A stretch of DNA of 15,354 nucleotides, taken from IMG/VR virus record IMGVR_UViG_2563366828_000009, one strand, 5' to 3'. This document shows positions 15,024 through 15,354 of the stretch, one piece after another (positions within the stretch are counted from its first letter, which is position 1; the number at the start of each line of letters is the position of its first letter). A program made the position numbers and the translations under genes. Below the pieces are notes generated by a model. It made no database searches. It was not told the origin of the DNA and saw only the letters and a list, made by a program, of their open reading frames with translations. This stretch comes from a virus. Its lineage: Duplodnaviria; Heunggongvirae; Uroviricota; Caudoviricetes.

Positions 15024-15354
15024 GGTGATGCTGCCAACTTACTGATTTAGTGTATGATGGTGTTTTTGAGGTGCTCCAGTGGCTTCTGTTTCTATCAGCT
15101 GTCCCTCCTGTTCAGCTACTGACGGGGTGGTGCGTAACGGCAAAAGCACTGCCGGACATCAGCGCTATCTCTGCTCTCACTGCCGTAAAACATGGCAACT
15201 GCAGTTCACTTACACCGCTTCTCAACCCGGTACGCACCAGAAAATCATTGATATGGCCATGAATGGCGTTGGATGCCGGGCAACCGCCCGCATTATGGGC
15301 GTTGGCCTCAACACGATTTTCCGCCATTTAAAAAACTCAGGCCGCAGTCGGTAA
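15024..15354 (+). mobile_element. IS1 insertion sequence, left end (continues beyond the window)
   Basis: Left inverted repeat GGTGATGCTGCCAACTTACTGAT at 15024-15046, followed by the complete insA ORF. Confidence 0.9.
15079..15354 (+). CDS. insA: IS1 InsA (transposition repressor / N-terminal part of the InsAB' transposase)
   Basis: 91-aa product [79 protein letters not shown]..., matching IS1 InsA from memory; TAA stop at the window end. Confidence 0.9.
   Translation: MASVSISCPSCSATDGVVRNGKSTAGHQRYLCSHCRKTWQLQFTYTASQPGTHQKIIDMAMNGVGCRATARIMGVGLNTIFRHLKNSGRSR

Noticed and set aside
15112-15327. 71-aa - strand ORF inside IS1 insA.
   Set aside because: IS1 has no known antisense gene here; shadow ORF of insA.
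1-15354. Scan for CRISPR arrays, rRNA or tRNA genes.
   Set aside because: No regularly spaced direct repeats with unique spacers and no tRNA- or rRNA-like sequence were seen; the only short tandem repeats are the replication iterons.

Overview
This window reads as the early (left) arm of a Qin/DicB-type lambdoid prophage from an enterobacterial, E. coli-like chromosome, ending in an IS1 insertion. Family and gene names are assigned from motifs and from my memory of E. coli K-12 Qin proteins; no database search was run. Gene order left to right: tyrosine integrase and excisionase (- strand); a large RecE-like exonuclease with a C-terminal DEDDh-type domain (-); the dicB operon (-) with ydfD, dicB, the DicF sRNA, a ydfB/C-like region and ydfA; divergent dicA-like repressor and dicC-like Cro with a duplicated 13-bp operator core; a cII-position protein; an O-like replication initiator with five in-gene iterons; a 133-aa unknown; then, on the opposite strand, a 595-aa orphan gene with its own RBS and a C-terminal HEPN-like R-x4-H motif. 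After that come a possible small hydrophobic peptide, the hokD (relF) type I toxin locus, rem-like, a 92-aa ORF coupled to a ydfU-like HNH-type protein, antiterminator Q with a candidate PR' promoter and tR' terminator, cspF (-), and the left end of IS1 with insA. The 595-aa reverse-strand gene is the best candidate for an undescribed cargo function, plausibly a single-protein abortive-infection or anti-phage effector. No tRNA, rRNA or CRISPR array is visible.
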